From assembly GCF_009914755.1 (NCBI RefSeq), contig NC_060928.1: a stretch of 64,000 nt of DNA; one strand, written 5' to 3'. Source of the DNA: the human T2T-CHM13v2.0 reference genome, Homo sapiens. This document shows, in pieces, positions 41,967-55,552 of the stretch. Within the stretch, counting starts at the first letter, position 1; each line of letters begins with the position of its first letter. The notes beneath the pieces were generated by a model, which worked only from the letters and a program-made list of their open reading frames with translations, was not told the DNA's origin and ran no database searches. Position numbers and translations under genes: made by a program.

Positions 41967-42237
41967 CTGTGTGTGTGTGTATGTGTGTGTGTGTGTCTGT
42001 GTGTCTGTGTTTTGAGACAAAGTCTTGCTCTGCCACCCAGGCTGGAGTGCAGTGGCACAATTACAGCTCACTGCATCCTCGACATCCACTATATCTAGCT
42101 AAATTTTGAATTTGTTTGTAGAGATGGAGTCTCACTATGTTGATCAAACTGGTCCTTAACTCCTGGCCTCAAGGGATCCTCCCACCTCGGCCTCCCAAAG
42201 TGCTGGGATTACAGGCATGAGCCACTGCGACCAGCCC
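41967..42237 (-). mobile_element. AluJ with an internal deletion; (GT)n tract in place of the tail (41967-42010)
   Basis: GAGACAAAGTCTTGCTC...CACTGCATCCTCGAC jumps to CCACTATATCTAGCTAA. Confidence 0.88.
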
Positions 42238-42292
42238 AGTGTGTATTTTTATGTATACTTTCTGCAATCTCAATTTGGGTGCTAAATTTTTA

Positions 42293-42645
<353 letters not shown>

Positions 42646-43142
42646 GATTAACCTATCCAAATATTCCAAGTGTACTAAAAAGTTTCTTAATAACTGCATC
42701 CAGTAGCAGTTTTCAATTTAAATTAACAAAAACTTAATAAAATTAAAAATTTCTCAGTCACATTAGCAATACCATTGATACCGTTATCAATGGTCCAATG
42801 TAACTGGGGCCGCTATATTGGATAGCACAGATAGAAATAAAATTAAGCAACAAAGAAAGTTTCGACTACAGCGGTAGGTAAAATATGAATAAATAGGAAG
42901 GACGGCATTGCAGAGGAAGAAAACGAGTTGAAATGACAAGTATGGATAAAACTGCTTTTTGTAGCCCCCCCTTTTTTTTTTCAAAACTGTTTCCAAAATT
43001 ATTCTATCATATTGTGTTCCCAGAATAACTTTACCATCTGTTTATTCACTGTCCACAAGAATACACAGGATATAGTTTTAGAGGTAGAAAAAAACTAATG
43101 AGCATACATTTCAAATTCTTTTAAAGAATGAGAAAGGCTTGG

Positions 43143-43458
43143 TCTAGAGCTGCGCTCTCCAACACATTAGCCAGTAGCCATATGTGGCTATTGAGCCTTG
43201 AAAGATGGCTTATCCAAACTGAGATGTGGCTTAAATGTAAATATGATTAAATTTCAAAGACTCAGGCCATAAAAGAAGGTAATATATCTCATTAATAATA
43301 TTTTATTATGGAATACATGTTAAATGATATTTTAGATATATTGGGCTATATAATTATATTACTAAGATTAATTTCATTTGTTTTTTTAATGCAGCTACTA
43401 GAAAATTTTAAATTTCATATGTGGTCATATTATATTTATATTATATAGCATCATCTAG
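43143..43458. mobile_element. MER33-like hAT-Charlie element
   Basis: ctgcgctctccaacacattagccagtagccatatgtggctattgagc...gcagctactagaaaattttaaatttcatatgtgg; TCTAGAG on both flanks. Confidence 0.8.
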
Positions 43459-44574
43459 AGAGAAAGTTTACTTTTGCTTATGTCACAGCATTGCCTGTAC
43501 ATGCGATTTCTGATATTCACCAATATGCTAGCAGGAAAAATGCTAGCAGGAAAAGGCTGCATATTCCTGGCCACAGTTGGGCCTTAGGACCTGGTTTCCT
43601 GTCACTGGCTTTTGCAAGCAAAATTGGGTACACTCATGAAAAGTAGAGCCTACATGAAAAGAAAGGTTTATTTGTACTCATTTTCAGCTAATTGTTGTTT
43701 TGTTTTGTTAACCTTCTTTTGCTCACTTATATTTGGCAGCTTGATTTGTGTTTTTCATTCTTCTGAAGTTGCAAAAGCAGCAAACTGCACCACCCATTGT
43801 GGGTGACTCCATGTAATTACCGCGTACAGGTTTATACTTTATCACAGTAAGACAACAGCATCATAAGAAAAGCACTACATGATTTCCAATGATTATATGA
43901 ATAAAATAATCACTGGGTTGTACAAAAGAGTATGTCATTCAAAAGAATACGTAGTTCAAAGTGGTCATTCGTTTTTCTAATAAGTAAGCGGTCTGTAGAG
44001 GGAAAGCTATAGGTTTAAGCTTGTCTTGACGTTGTTTATCTAGTGATCACAATACATAGCAGGGTCCTGGGGCCATTAGGAAGTTTTTAGGTTTATTTAT
44101 CTATTCATATTTAGTACATTATTTAAGAAAAGAGTAATGCCAATTACTTAGAAATTAGAAACTTCTAGTTGTTTATTGATAAAGTTACTTTAAACATTGT
44201 TTAGTCCAAAAAACATGGATTGAAAGCCTGTCTGTTTTCAGTAACACTTCAGTGAGGCAGCCTTCCCCTAGCTGTGATAGTCTCCTCAGTGTAATGCTGT
44301 TTCATAACGTTTCTCCATAGGTTATATCTTGACAGAAAAACGGACATGAAATAAAAAGAAACATAAAAGATGAGAAAAATCCATACTGCTTTTTAAAATG
44401 TTGCAAACCCCACTGTACATAAGGCAGACCTGTCACTGTTCTTCAACATTTGCTGAACCTACAGCTATGATAAGAAAGAAATAAAAACACAGTATATTTT
44501 GTGGGGGGGGGGGTATCAAATGTGATTGAGGTTAGAGTTGGAAAAGATGAAAACTGATAGGAAGATGCAGCATA

Positions 44575-44805
44575 ATCTGATGGTTTAGAGGCAAGTCCTG
44601 CATCTACATACATTGCCTGAGTTCACTATTTAGTACCTGTGTGAATTTGGATGAGTTACTTAACCTCTCTGTGTCTTGTTTTTTTCACTTGAGAAACAGG
44701 GATAACTGAATCGCCAGCTTCAAAGTATTGTTATGTAAATTAAATAAGTTAACATGTGCAAAGCACTGGAAACACCAGGGCTACGTAAGTGTTTGTTCAA
44801 TAAAT
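44575..44805 (+). mobile_element. MIR
   Basis: ctgtgtgaatttggatgagttacttaacctctctgtgtctt. Confidence 0.82.
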
Positions 44806-46099
44806 AGTTTTTCACAGCTCAAAACCTCACAGTAGCATAAAGGACACTTGAGAAGCTGGAAATCAAATGGGTATTTAACTCAAATTTTCACCCAATAAAA
44901 CATCTGTTCTCTTCCAAATCATGACATTAAAATGCAATAACCCTTACTAACTTTGGCAATTTATTTATAAAAACCATGTTCTGCATTTCTTAGTATAGAT
45001 TTTCAAGCTATGTGTCTTTCTGATTTCTACATTGTAATGCAGCCAGCCCCAGAGCCAGGACAATTGCACTGTTTCCTATCAATTGCCTCTTCAGTGCAAT
45101 GCCTCCTGAAACCATTTCCTGAAACATGTAACAATCCTATCACATAATTGTGTAAAACCCTAGACACCCATGCCTGTTGTTTAATGCTAATTTCCTTGAG
45201 CTTCCTAAGAGGAATTGCTATTGACTACTTTCATTAGGAAACTATTGACCCTTCTCCAGTGGAGCATCCTGAGAAGAAATTCACTAAATATGCCCGTATT
45301 TCATCTTTTGAATATCAAGGTGCAGTAGGCATGCTGCAGGATATGGCTTATTTAATCCAAAATTAAAATTTTATAGGCTACATTACCTAAAGTAAATTGC
45401 TTAATACATTTAGAAGAACAGCTGCTTTCTAAGTGTTTGGCATCCATGTATTTGAGACCTAAATTAGGCAAACCCACTGACACAAATGCAGACATAATGG
45501 TCTCCATGATATTTTGGATGACATCCCCTATCACATACAGAAAAGCGATTTCCAAACGGGAAAGGTTGCTCTGTTAGGTATTATTGATTTCAAAGAGATT
45601 TCTTAATTCTTCCTCTTATTGTTATTCCATAAAATTGAGAAATAGTCAAAAACATTTTATGGGATTTAACATCCTGATTTTTAGTTTCTTTGGCCCTGTT
45701 TGGGTACTATTACATTTTTATTAAAAATGAGTATTCGTTCCACATTCAAAATTAGATCTAAGGCATATTACAATAGAAATAGATATAAAATATAGCACTT
45801 ACAGGCAGAACGAATGTGTGGTTGGTGGTTTGTTAACACAGGAGAGATTTTCTTGCTCTGCTTCTATGCAAGGTACTGAGACATCATTCTATAGTGCTCA
45901 GAGGATGCACAAATATAACAAAAGAGTTCAGTTTAGATTTCTGAAAAGTTGGGTGTAAGAAGTAGCACCAGGCCCTAGGTCCTGATCAGGAAGAATCCTC
46001 AAGCAGCTACACCATCACAGGAGAGTAAAAACAATACAAGGTTGTAGCAGATTCTGCCAGCACTCCTTGAAGCTAGGATTAAGTTCTGATTTCCTAAAG

Positions 46100-46772
46100 A
46101 CCAAATATACCTCAGATTCAACTCCTACAACGTCTTCTGCTACCAACAGAGTCAAAACCACCATCATCTCACTATCTCTTGTCTTGTACTATAGTAATGG
46201 CCTCCTTGCAGGTTTCCTTGTTTTGACCCCTAAACGCAACTATCCCGCAACAGCCAGAGTGATCTTTTAAAAACATAAGTAAACACATGCCACAACACTA
46301 CTTAACTGTTCCCCGGCTTTCCATGGTTTCATTTTACCATGGCCTAGAATGCCCTACATCTATATGAGCTGACCCTCTTCTTATTCTATTTCCTAACATT
46401 TTCTCCCTCCCATAATCTGTGCCAGTCACTCAGACTTTCTTGGTGTTCCTCTAATACTTACTAAATAATATCCTTCTAGGTATCCACATATCCTGCTCCC
46501 TCCACGCATCCAGGAGCACTCTCTACTGTTGCTTTGCCAAAGAATACTTCCCTGACTGTGATCCGTCTCCTTACGCACCATTTCATTCTTCTTGGTGACT
46601 TTTATCCCTGCCCAATACTGTGGCAATTGTTGATGTGTTGATATGATGTTTATCTGATTCTTCCTCCCAAATGTCCTAACAGTTTGTTTGTTTCGTGGCT
46701 GTATCCTCAGCACTAGCACAGCAACTGGCACAAGGTAGACACTCAGGAAATAGCTGCTGAATAAGTGAATGA
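46100..46772 (+). mobile_element. L2
   Basis: cagccagagtgatcttttaaaaacataag; 3' end gctgtatcctcagcactagcacag...gctgaataagtgaatga. Confidence 0.8.
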
Positions 46773-47247
46773 GCCCTGAGTTTATGGGACATAAATAGCT
46801 TAGCTGTTGAATATGGGATGGAAAGACACTGATTCATTTTACAAATGTGGGAAGGGGGTGGCGAGCTTCCATTAATGTCCCTCTGATGTTGAACTATGTT
46901 ATGCTTCAAAATAAGAAAGCAGGAGTAAAAATTATTTCATCTTAGTTTGTTAAGCCATTCTAAATATGATGAAGTTATTTTGATGACAATCTCTAATGGA
47001 ATCACTACACATGAGATCTGATCTCCAGTTGGCCTCCAACTGTGATCTTTTCCTGCATTTGAAGAATGGGTCTGAATTAGCCCTTAAATTACATTATAAG
47101 CAAGTTGACATACCAACAAAAAACTCGGGGAGCACGTACTCTGATGTTAAGAAAACAGGAAGGAGATGTCAAAGCAACATCCCTCAGGACTCTTCTTAAT
47201 GAATTATGAAAATAATTCAAGAAAACAAAGGAGAATAATATTTCAAT

Positions 47248-47850
47248 GCAGACTTGCCCTCAACATTTGCCGGGCTCAGGATAAGAGTGCAAATGGAGGT
47301 TTGCACACCATATGCCTAGATACTTCAAGGTTATATATCAAGGCAACAAAGTATTAAGTAAAATATTTATTATCCTCTAATCTTGACAAATATATCTTCT
47401 AGAGATATATTATAAAGCTAAGTTCCAAATTATCATTCTTTAAGTGCTTTGAGTGTCACGGGTTTTCAATGACCAGATTCCTTAGTTGCCATAAGCAGCC
47501 CTGCATATGCCTCTATGGCCATCCTGGTCCACTGCACATGCTCTGTCCACACCCCTTACAAGCAGTCGCTCCTTGGCCTCCCCTCAGAATCAGGGATTTA
47601 CACACTGACAGCAAGGCTTCTACTTGAGAGGACAGGCCCAAGCAAATGATCCATGCAGACCCTGGAAAGCAAGCTAGAGCCATTTGAGCAGAAAATTCTG
47701 GAATCTTGACTACCCAAGGCATAATCTAGAAGAGAAGGTAGGTGAGGAGGAGCATAGTTGGGGAAAGGCTCAAAATGGGGACCCTCTGGAGAGGGAGGCC
47801 CAGGGTGGCAGGCCATCTAACCCAGTCTAAGTGAGGCATGGTCTGGTGCA
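47248..47850 (+). mobile_element. MER115/Zaphod-like hAT-Tip100 element
   Basis: atttgccgggctcaggataagagtgcaaatggagg...cttgacaaatatatc resembles the recalled MER115 5' end. Confidence 0.65.
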
Positions 47851-48399
47851 GTCAGACTCCTTCTCAAGAGGACATGAAAGAAGCAGAAAAGTATGGAAAT
47901 CAAGTATAATATATATGTCATATAAAGTAAATACAAAGTTTAGAAAAATTTACAGTACTGACTCTCAGGAAGTTAAAAATGTTATGGTTGCTAAATTATA
48001 ATAACATCGCAGGTTGAACTATAATGCTGAATATTTAAATCAGCACTTCAAGCATGAAACAGTTGAATTGATATAGAAAAGAATATAGGTTAGAGTAACA
48101 TGTAGTAAAAATGCTTAACAGAGACTGGAAAGTGGATATTTTATTGTATTTATCTTTCCTTCATCCTTCTTGCCTAGTAATTTGTCACGTAGTAGACTCA
48201 CAATAAACATTTGGATAAGAAGGAGATGAACAAACAAAAGCTAAATTAAGAAATGATGAGAGAAAATGACAGACACAGAGATACATAATAGGAGTTCAGA
48301 ATCACCATAAAAATGAATTAGAATTGGTTATGAAGAACATAATTGAAGAAAGCATTTTAAAACTTAGGTAAAAATAAGAAGAAACCAATATCAAAGTAG

Positions 48400-48850
48400 T
48401 TTCTCTTAAGATTCTTTCATGTCATAGAAAAATACATTATCCATACTTCCAAACAGGGTAAAAAAATGACAATGGATTATTTTAAAGGAGACCATTTTCA
48501 AGAAATACGTCAGTATTCCTTTTACAATGAAGAAACAGGATAAAAGTTGGAATATAAAGATGATTGTTATAAAGAAACATGTTAATATAAAATGCTAATC
48601 TGAAAACCCACAAAAGCATCATACAATTAATTTGAGGCAAAAAGTTTTTGATGACATTTAACACTCATTCTTAATAAAACCATTGAAAATAAGATTAGAA
48701 GAACAATTTTCTAATAGCAAAGTACCTATCTTAAGGCGAAACGCAATATTCTTTATGGGAAAATTCTTCAGAAATTTCCTTTAAATCCAGGAATAAAATA
48801 AGCATGCTCATTATTTAGCATTATTGTGGAAGTTATTTCTCATCCAAGAA
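48400..48850 (+). mobile_element. Decayed L1M ORF2 fragment
   Basis: aaaaagtttttgatgacatttaacactcattcttaataaaa; tttcctttaaatccaggaataaaataagcatgc (RT-region remnant). Confidence 0.6.
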
Positions 48851-48872
48851 TAGTTTTAAAATATACAGAATA

Positions 48873-49153
48873 GGCCGGGCGTGGTGGCTCACGCCTGTAA
48901 TCCCAGCACTTTGGGAGGCCGAGGCAGGTAGATCACGAGGTCAGGAGATTGAGACCATCCTGGCTAACACGGTGAAACCCCGTCTCTACTAAAAATACTA
49001 ATACCTGTAGTCCCAGCTACTCAGGAGGCTGAGGCAGGAGAATGGCGTGAACCTGGGAGGCGGAGCTTGCAGTGAGCCGAGATCATGCCACTGCACTCCA
49101 GCCTGGGCAACATAGCAAGACTCCGTCTCAAAAAACAAACAAACAAACAAACA
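48873..49153 (+). mobile_element. AluY with an internal deletion of about 29 nt
   Basis: Y diagnostics GAATGGCGTGAACC, GCTTGCAGTG and CTGGCTAACACGG; TSD AAAATATACAGAATA at 48858-48872. Confidence 0.95.
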
Positions 49154-49239
49154 AAAATATATATATATACAGAATAAACAGAATCAATGTTTGATTCATT
49201 AACTCATTTTAAAATTTTCCCTTGAGATATCTGTTCCTT

Positions 49240-49350
49240 TCTATATATACTTACACATACATCTCATATATGTATGAATACATACATATTTATACATATA
49301 TATCTTATATGTGTATGTATATATATATGCATACACACAAATATATATTT
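49240..49350. repeat. (TA/CA/TG) low-complexity microsatellite
   Basis: tatatatacttacacatacatctcatatatgtatg... Confidence 0.8.
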
Positions 49351-52300
49351 GTTTTCAGTAAATTATTTTGTTCTTAATTCTGTACTGCTGAACTATACAG
49401 TAATCCAGTTTCTACTCTAAGAAGCAGGTTATATGATATTAGAGACTAAAAGAAAATAGATTCCTTTTAAACATTAAAATCGTTTTCATATTCTATATGA
49501 ACAAGTATATATAAATGCTATGCTGATTTATCAATATTTATGTTGGCTAAAAACAGGGTCAGCTTGAGAACCAGGAATCAATTTATACCTTTAGAAGCTC
49601 CTATTTTGAAAAATCAGTTTAAATAACTCTTTCCAAGTTATAAGAACCTCTTGAAATGTTCAAGTGATCCTATAAAATATTTTTATTATGATGACAACTG
49701 ATTTATGAGTACATGATTTTGAACCAAAATACAGTCATTTGACATAAGGGTTAAAGTTACTTTGAAATAAGAATAGGCTGCAATTGTATCAAATTGTTTC
49801 TAAGTATTTTCAAATTACTTTTAAGATAAACCACTATTGTTGTGTATAATGAATACACTCTACATCCATCCAATATTTTATTGTTAAAAATTCACATTTG
49901 ACCACTTAATATGCAAGTATTTTTACTGAAAATATGGTTTCTTCTTACAAATTTAGTGGAAACTCAGCTGAGCCCAAGAGCCCCTCCAGTGCTCCCTTTA
50001 CAACAGTTCTGGTTGTCTGCCTTTTTGCTGTTGTTTTAAGCCAGCGAAGTGCTAATATCATTCTCCACTTGCAGGCCTTACTCTGCAGAATTATTTAACA
50101 CTAGACACACTGGTATAGGGAAATCACTGTTCAGTAGTAGCCAGGGAACATAATCAGTTCCTTGATTTTTACTTTGGAATGTAATAGCACTGAGGGAAAA
50201 GAAAACCAAACAACAATGACAAAAGGAGTAGGCAGGAGGGCTTTATTGGTGGGGGTTGTATTTAATATTATTTCAAAATCACACTTTTCAATTTTCTGCT
50301 TTGTAATGAACTACAGCCAATTACTTCCCATCAACACTGATAAAAAGAGCTGTCCAACTGTTCAACATTTGCTTTGCTAATTGAATGATCAATTATTCAA
50401 ATAAATGATTTTCCCTATCAAGCTCCAGGAAAACCTTGGTCGTTGTTCCAGCCCCAGCTATAACATACTGTGGAGCAACAAAGAAACTAAATCCAGATAG
50501 AATCCTGAAATGTTAAGATAAAAATCCCTCTAATTGGGTGAAGATTTATGGCAAGTGAAACCGCTTTGGCATCTCATGGATTCTGATCTTTTCTGAGACT
50601 GCTAATCCCACCTTCTCCTAGCCTATTTTGCTGATTAATTCATTGGCAAGTATCACTGTGTTCCCTAAGAACATGCACTTTGTTAGGTAATGGGTTTTAA
50701 TGATTAGTCTAAATGCACTCCTTCTTTGCCAGCAAAGAAAGACCTCTCTCTAAGTCATCTTAGCCCCAAGAGGACTTTGTGAGGAGTGGGAGTCTGGGTG
50801 GTGCCAGGGGAATTCTCAGCTGACAGATGGCAGATGTGTTCTGTGTTCACGCCCTACAGTTAGGTGGATTAATAGTAGCTCAAGGTCATTCTGTGGATTT
50901 GGTCTTTTAAAGTCAAAATAACTTTTAAAAGAGTTAGACAATATGTATAAGTAGCTAGTTTCCATATGTTCGCGGTATTCTGAAGGATTCCTTCTCGATA
51001 ACTGACTTGCTTTAAATATACAGCAAGTAGAGCTCATGTGAATGGGCACAGGTTCCTTCCCCACCCTCCTTCCAATAATTATTTTCAAAGACAGAGTCTG
51101 GTCTTATTAGATGGAAGCTCACATTATTTTCTTTCACTACATTTACCTATGTCTAAAAGCCACATAGTTAATAGAAATCCAAGATTCAGTAGTTTATATA
51201 TAGAGAGAGTATCCTTTCATGGACAGGTTATGTTCTTTCCCAAAGGAATACGCTGATGGAAATGAGAATTATAGTTTTAACAATTCATGTTAGTTTGCAA
51301 CTGAATTGGCCACATCAAAAGTGTACAGTAAATGCAAAATGTAACTCACTTTCAAAGTAGGAATTAAAAATCAGATCCTTAGATATATAATCTATTAATA
51401 AGAAGAACATTTACTAAATTCAACAGAATTTTATCTCAAATCAGGCTAGGTTGAAGTACTGAAGAAAGCCTACGTAACTATCATAATTTTTATATCTTAA
51501 GGGTATTGTGGCTGATGATCATTTCAGAAGCTAAGAAAAGAGTCGGACTTTTTGCATTTACTTAAACAAACACAATTTTTGCAAATTCTAATTAGTAATA
51601 GCCTCCACAGAGTAATAGCTTTTGATGGATCACCAGAATAAAAGCATTATAAGGGCTGAGGACTTTGTCCCAGTACATGGCATACCATAGATCTCCAATA
51701 GATATTTATTTAATGAATGAATAATTCCAGGTAGGTAGAACTACTTCAAACTGTATTTGATTGTTCTTTCATAGTAAATTTGAGAGTAGAGCAAGCATGT
51801 GGTTTTAAAATCTTGACAAAATCAGATTAAAAACTACAATTTCTAAAATTTTACACTAGTGACTTCCTATAGCTACTAAGCACAATAATTTAGGGTTATT
51901 TAAAGTTGCTTAGAAGTAGTTGATTTACTACTGTCTTTGTGAAATGTGTCTAGAAAAAACACCAAGTCTTCTTTGCAAAGCTTGGAAACTTGAGCTAACA
52001 TTTTACTAGTATTTTTATTCTAAGACTTAAATTGACTGGCTACATGATTATGTTCTGGGTAGGAAAAATTACATATTATTCCTTACTTTGGAAGTAGGAA
52101 CTAAGCCCTCATACTAAGGATAACTTATTGGTTCTGATACACATAATTTAAAAACTATTGGTGCAGGGGAGGAAGGATAACTGGGGCGAGGAGTAGAGAG
52201 ACAATAAAGAAATAGTCTGATCAATAATAAATAGGATACTAAGAAACACCCCAGAGACTCCATGCCTCCAAGTTCACTTAAGTCTTAACGTACTTTACAT

Positions 52301-53522
52301 TTCAAATCATATCTCACAAAACAAGTGATAGGATTACACTGCTAAATCCATAAGCATTGATTTTTGTCTCAGTCACAGATGCATGCTGTGCACTATTGGA
52401 AAATTTGCTAAAATAGGTTTATGCCATACAATGACTATCATGTAGCAAGCACTCTATCTATAAACTTGCTGGAGTCTTTAACAAGCAATTATCTAAGCTT
52501 TAGAAAATACAAACAACATTAAATTATGCGAAAACCTCTCTGGACATGTTCATGAATCTTTCCCATTTCTACCATTTTTCATTGTTACAGAGGCCTTCCT
52601 ATTCCCCAAGCGGAGTATCCTGCTTTCTAAAAATCACAGTACACATGTGTGAGCTTTCAAAGTGTTTTTAGGAAATATCCCCAGTGGACTCTGGAGAGCT
52701 TGCCTTCCGGTCAGAGAAAGAAGAAGCGCTCAAATGGGCTATTATTTTCACTGATAGATCGACCTCATTCCTTGTGGAATTTTGGATTTAGTTTCACATG
52801 ACTTAGTTTCACATGGTGGTAGATCAGCTCTCCGCAGCCATCAGAATAAGAACGGCTTGGTACTTCTTAGGCCCGATAAGGAGTCCGAGAGGGCAGAGGC
52901 GCTAAGATACGGAGGTGACAAGATGGCTGCGCTGCCTCAGGCTTTCGTTAGTTCTGTCAGCTACTCTTAGAGAAGGGTTGTTAGTTTGGGCTTGTAGGTG
53001 TGTTAAGACATAAATGGTGGCTGAAAGACGTGTGGCTGCATGACGTAAAATAATACCTATTATTGCAGCATTTGTGTCATTGATTACTTTGCTCCTACTC
53101 CATTAGAAACTTTCTGAAACATCTTCTTTAAGGTTTCCACTTCCAAAATTCTCTTTGGTCCCTACTTTATTTTAATGCCCTCTCTGTTGTCTTGATTCGC
53201 TGCTTCTTTGTCCACGTTGATGGGAATCAATCATATTTTGTCCCATTTTCTCATGCTCTTACTTTTGTTTTAGCTATATTCCCATATCTAGCTCCTTTGT
53301 GTACTTTATACGTATCTAAAAATATTTTGGATTTAATGTTTAAAATAATATAGAACAGTTCAATTTATTTTAAAAAGTCAAGGTGGTCAGTTTACATTTT
53401 GTCTCATTAACATGGTCAAATTTAGAGAGATAGAAATCATACATTATAAAGAATCTTGAGATCACTAATACAATTATTACTACAAATTGCTATTTTTCCT
53501 CATGTCTAATACTTAAGAAACA

Positions 53523-53654
53523 TTTTTTTTTTTTTTTTTTGAGAGACTAGGTCTCACTGTGTTGCCCAGGCTGGTCTCGAACTCCTGGCCTCAAGCCATC
53601 CTGCCTCAGCCTCCCAAATCACCAGATTACAGGCATAAGCCACCACGCTTGGCC
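53523..53654 (-). mobile_element. FLAM-type Alu monomer
   Basis: Poly-T, GTCTCACTGTGTTGCCCAGGCTGGTCTCGAACTCC...CCACCACGCTTGGCC. Confidence 0.88.
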
Positions 53655-55269
53655 TACAAACTATTTTTAACATAACTTCTTAAGATCACCATTTACCCAG
53701 AAAAGACAAAAAACAAAACAAAACAAAAACCCTGTGAACTAAATCCCAGATTTTCTATAATGACATTTTTCTTACCTTTCTGTGTGTAACAAACAATCCC
53801 CTTTTGCAAACGTGCTGGACTAAAACCTTACATTTATTCAGAATTCATTAAATAATCATCTCTAATTTCTATGATTAAGCATTTACCTTCAGTTTTGCAT
53901 GCAGCTAATAGCATTGAGCCCACTTTAATTAACTTAACCTCATTACAGAAAGGATGGCTCTCCCAGGGACCATGTGACAACTGCAGTGTGAAAGTTCATA
54001 TTTTGTGCAATTTTACCATACCAATTTAAAACCTTTGTTGCAATGAATATTTGTTAAGTATGTAATTTATATTAAAGATGATTTTACTCATTACATAGGA
54101 GAAGAAAACAACGTATTTAGGATTTAATATTCTTAATTCAAATACCTGAGATAATTACTTTGTATAACTACATTCTTAAGGAGCTTTTTGTTTTAGAAAC
54201 ATATACTTAAAAAAAGTTTATTGCACTATCATCAAACAAGAAAAAAATTTCTTATAGGTACAGAGTGAGATGTATGCTTGCTTCTGAGTATGAACACTCA
54301 TCATCACTGAACATCATAGTGCATCCACGAGAGCCACTTTGAAGAGCTATACCATGGAGCTGGATGTGTTGATTGTGTATTTCTGTGACATTATTTATGA
54401 ATGTACGGAATGGCCTGAAGTTCACAGCAGATCTGGTATGAAAGGAAAACGTGTGTATGTGTGGGGATGCCAAGTTTCTAGAAGAAAACTGGAGTGAAGG
54501 GGCAACAACTCCTATTTGTGTGTCTTTTAATTTTATCTTTTCAAACAAACATGCCTTTTCTAGCTTTATTACCAGAAAGAAGAACTACCAGTCCTCCTCC
54601 TCTACCACCATATATCACTGTCCGTGAGACAGTAAACTTGAGTGGTATTAAATTTAACAAAAAAATTAAATTTGGAATATGTCTAAACTCAGATATTAGA
54701 ATGTCACATCAAATTGTACCACTTAATTATTTGATAGTTTATGTCTAAATTTTGAGTGCTTTACTGTCAACAATGAATATCTGAAATTATTGCATGATGT
54801 ATTGCATATACATTGATTAAATGGCAATGTAAGTGCTTAGATTAAAAAAAACCTGCTAAAATGTTAAATCAGAACTATAGATCTTTGTGGTTATTGGGAT
54901 ATTGAGACAGCGGAGGACTTTCATATTGGTATGATGCCAGTTTAATAGTGATTGGTTATTGATCACAACCCTGGAATGCAGGTATAGGTGTGTGTATGGG
55001 GCAGTTGGTGGGTAATAGTCTCTTAGAAGAAAAGAGCAAATCCCAAACTGTAGGGTTACTAAGGCATCCACTCTCAAGCTCAGGAGTCCCAGACGAAGTA
55101 AGAAGCTTGTCTCCAAGCTTCCCAGTCAATCCACAATTGGTGCTAATGAGTTTGCTCAGGTCAAGTGTAGCAGGTTTCAATAAGTGTTTGTCCTTTTTAC
55201 CAGGATCATTACCGTGGCCCTTCAGGAACATATTTAAGTTCTGTGGGACTTGAAGCTTAAAAACTTTCA

Positions 55270-55552
55270 GGCCAGGTGGTGCAGCTCACACCTGTAATCC
55301 CAACATTTTGGGAGGCCAAGGAGGGAGGATTGCTTGAGTCCAGGAGTTTGAGACCAGCTTGGGCAACATAGTGAAACCCTGTCTCTACAAAAAATAAAAA
55401 AATTAGCCAGGCATAGTGGCATGCGCATGTACTCCCTGCTGCTCGGGAAGCTGAGGGAAGAAGATCACTTGTGGCTGCAGTGAGCTGAGACTGTACCACT
55501 GCACTCCAGCCTGGGTGACAGAGTGAGACCGTCTGTCAAAAAAAAAAAAAAA
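55270..55552 (+). mobile_element. AluJ with a short right-arm deletion
   Basis: GGATTGCTTGAGTCCAGGAG...GATCACTTG|TGGCTGCAGTGAG; A tail. Confidence 0.92.

Noticed and set aside
44503-44513. G11 homopolymer as a G-quadruplex element
   Set aside because: An isolated short run with no other supporting feature.
54252-54548. 98-aa minus-strand ORF in unique sequence
   Set aside because: No recognisable homology, non-ATG start, and length within chance expectation for 64 kb.
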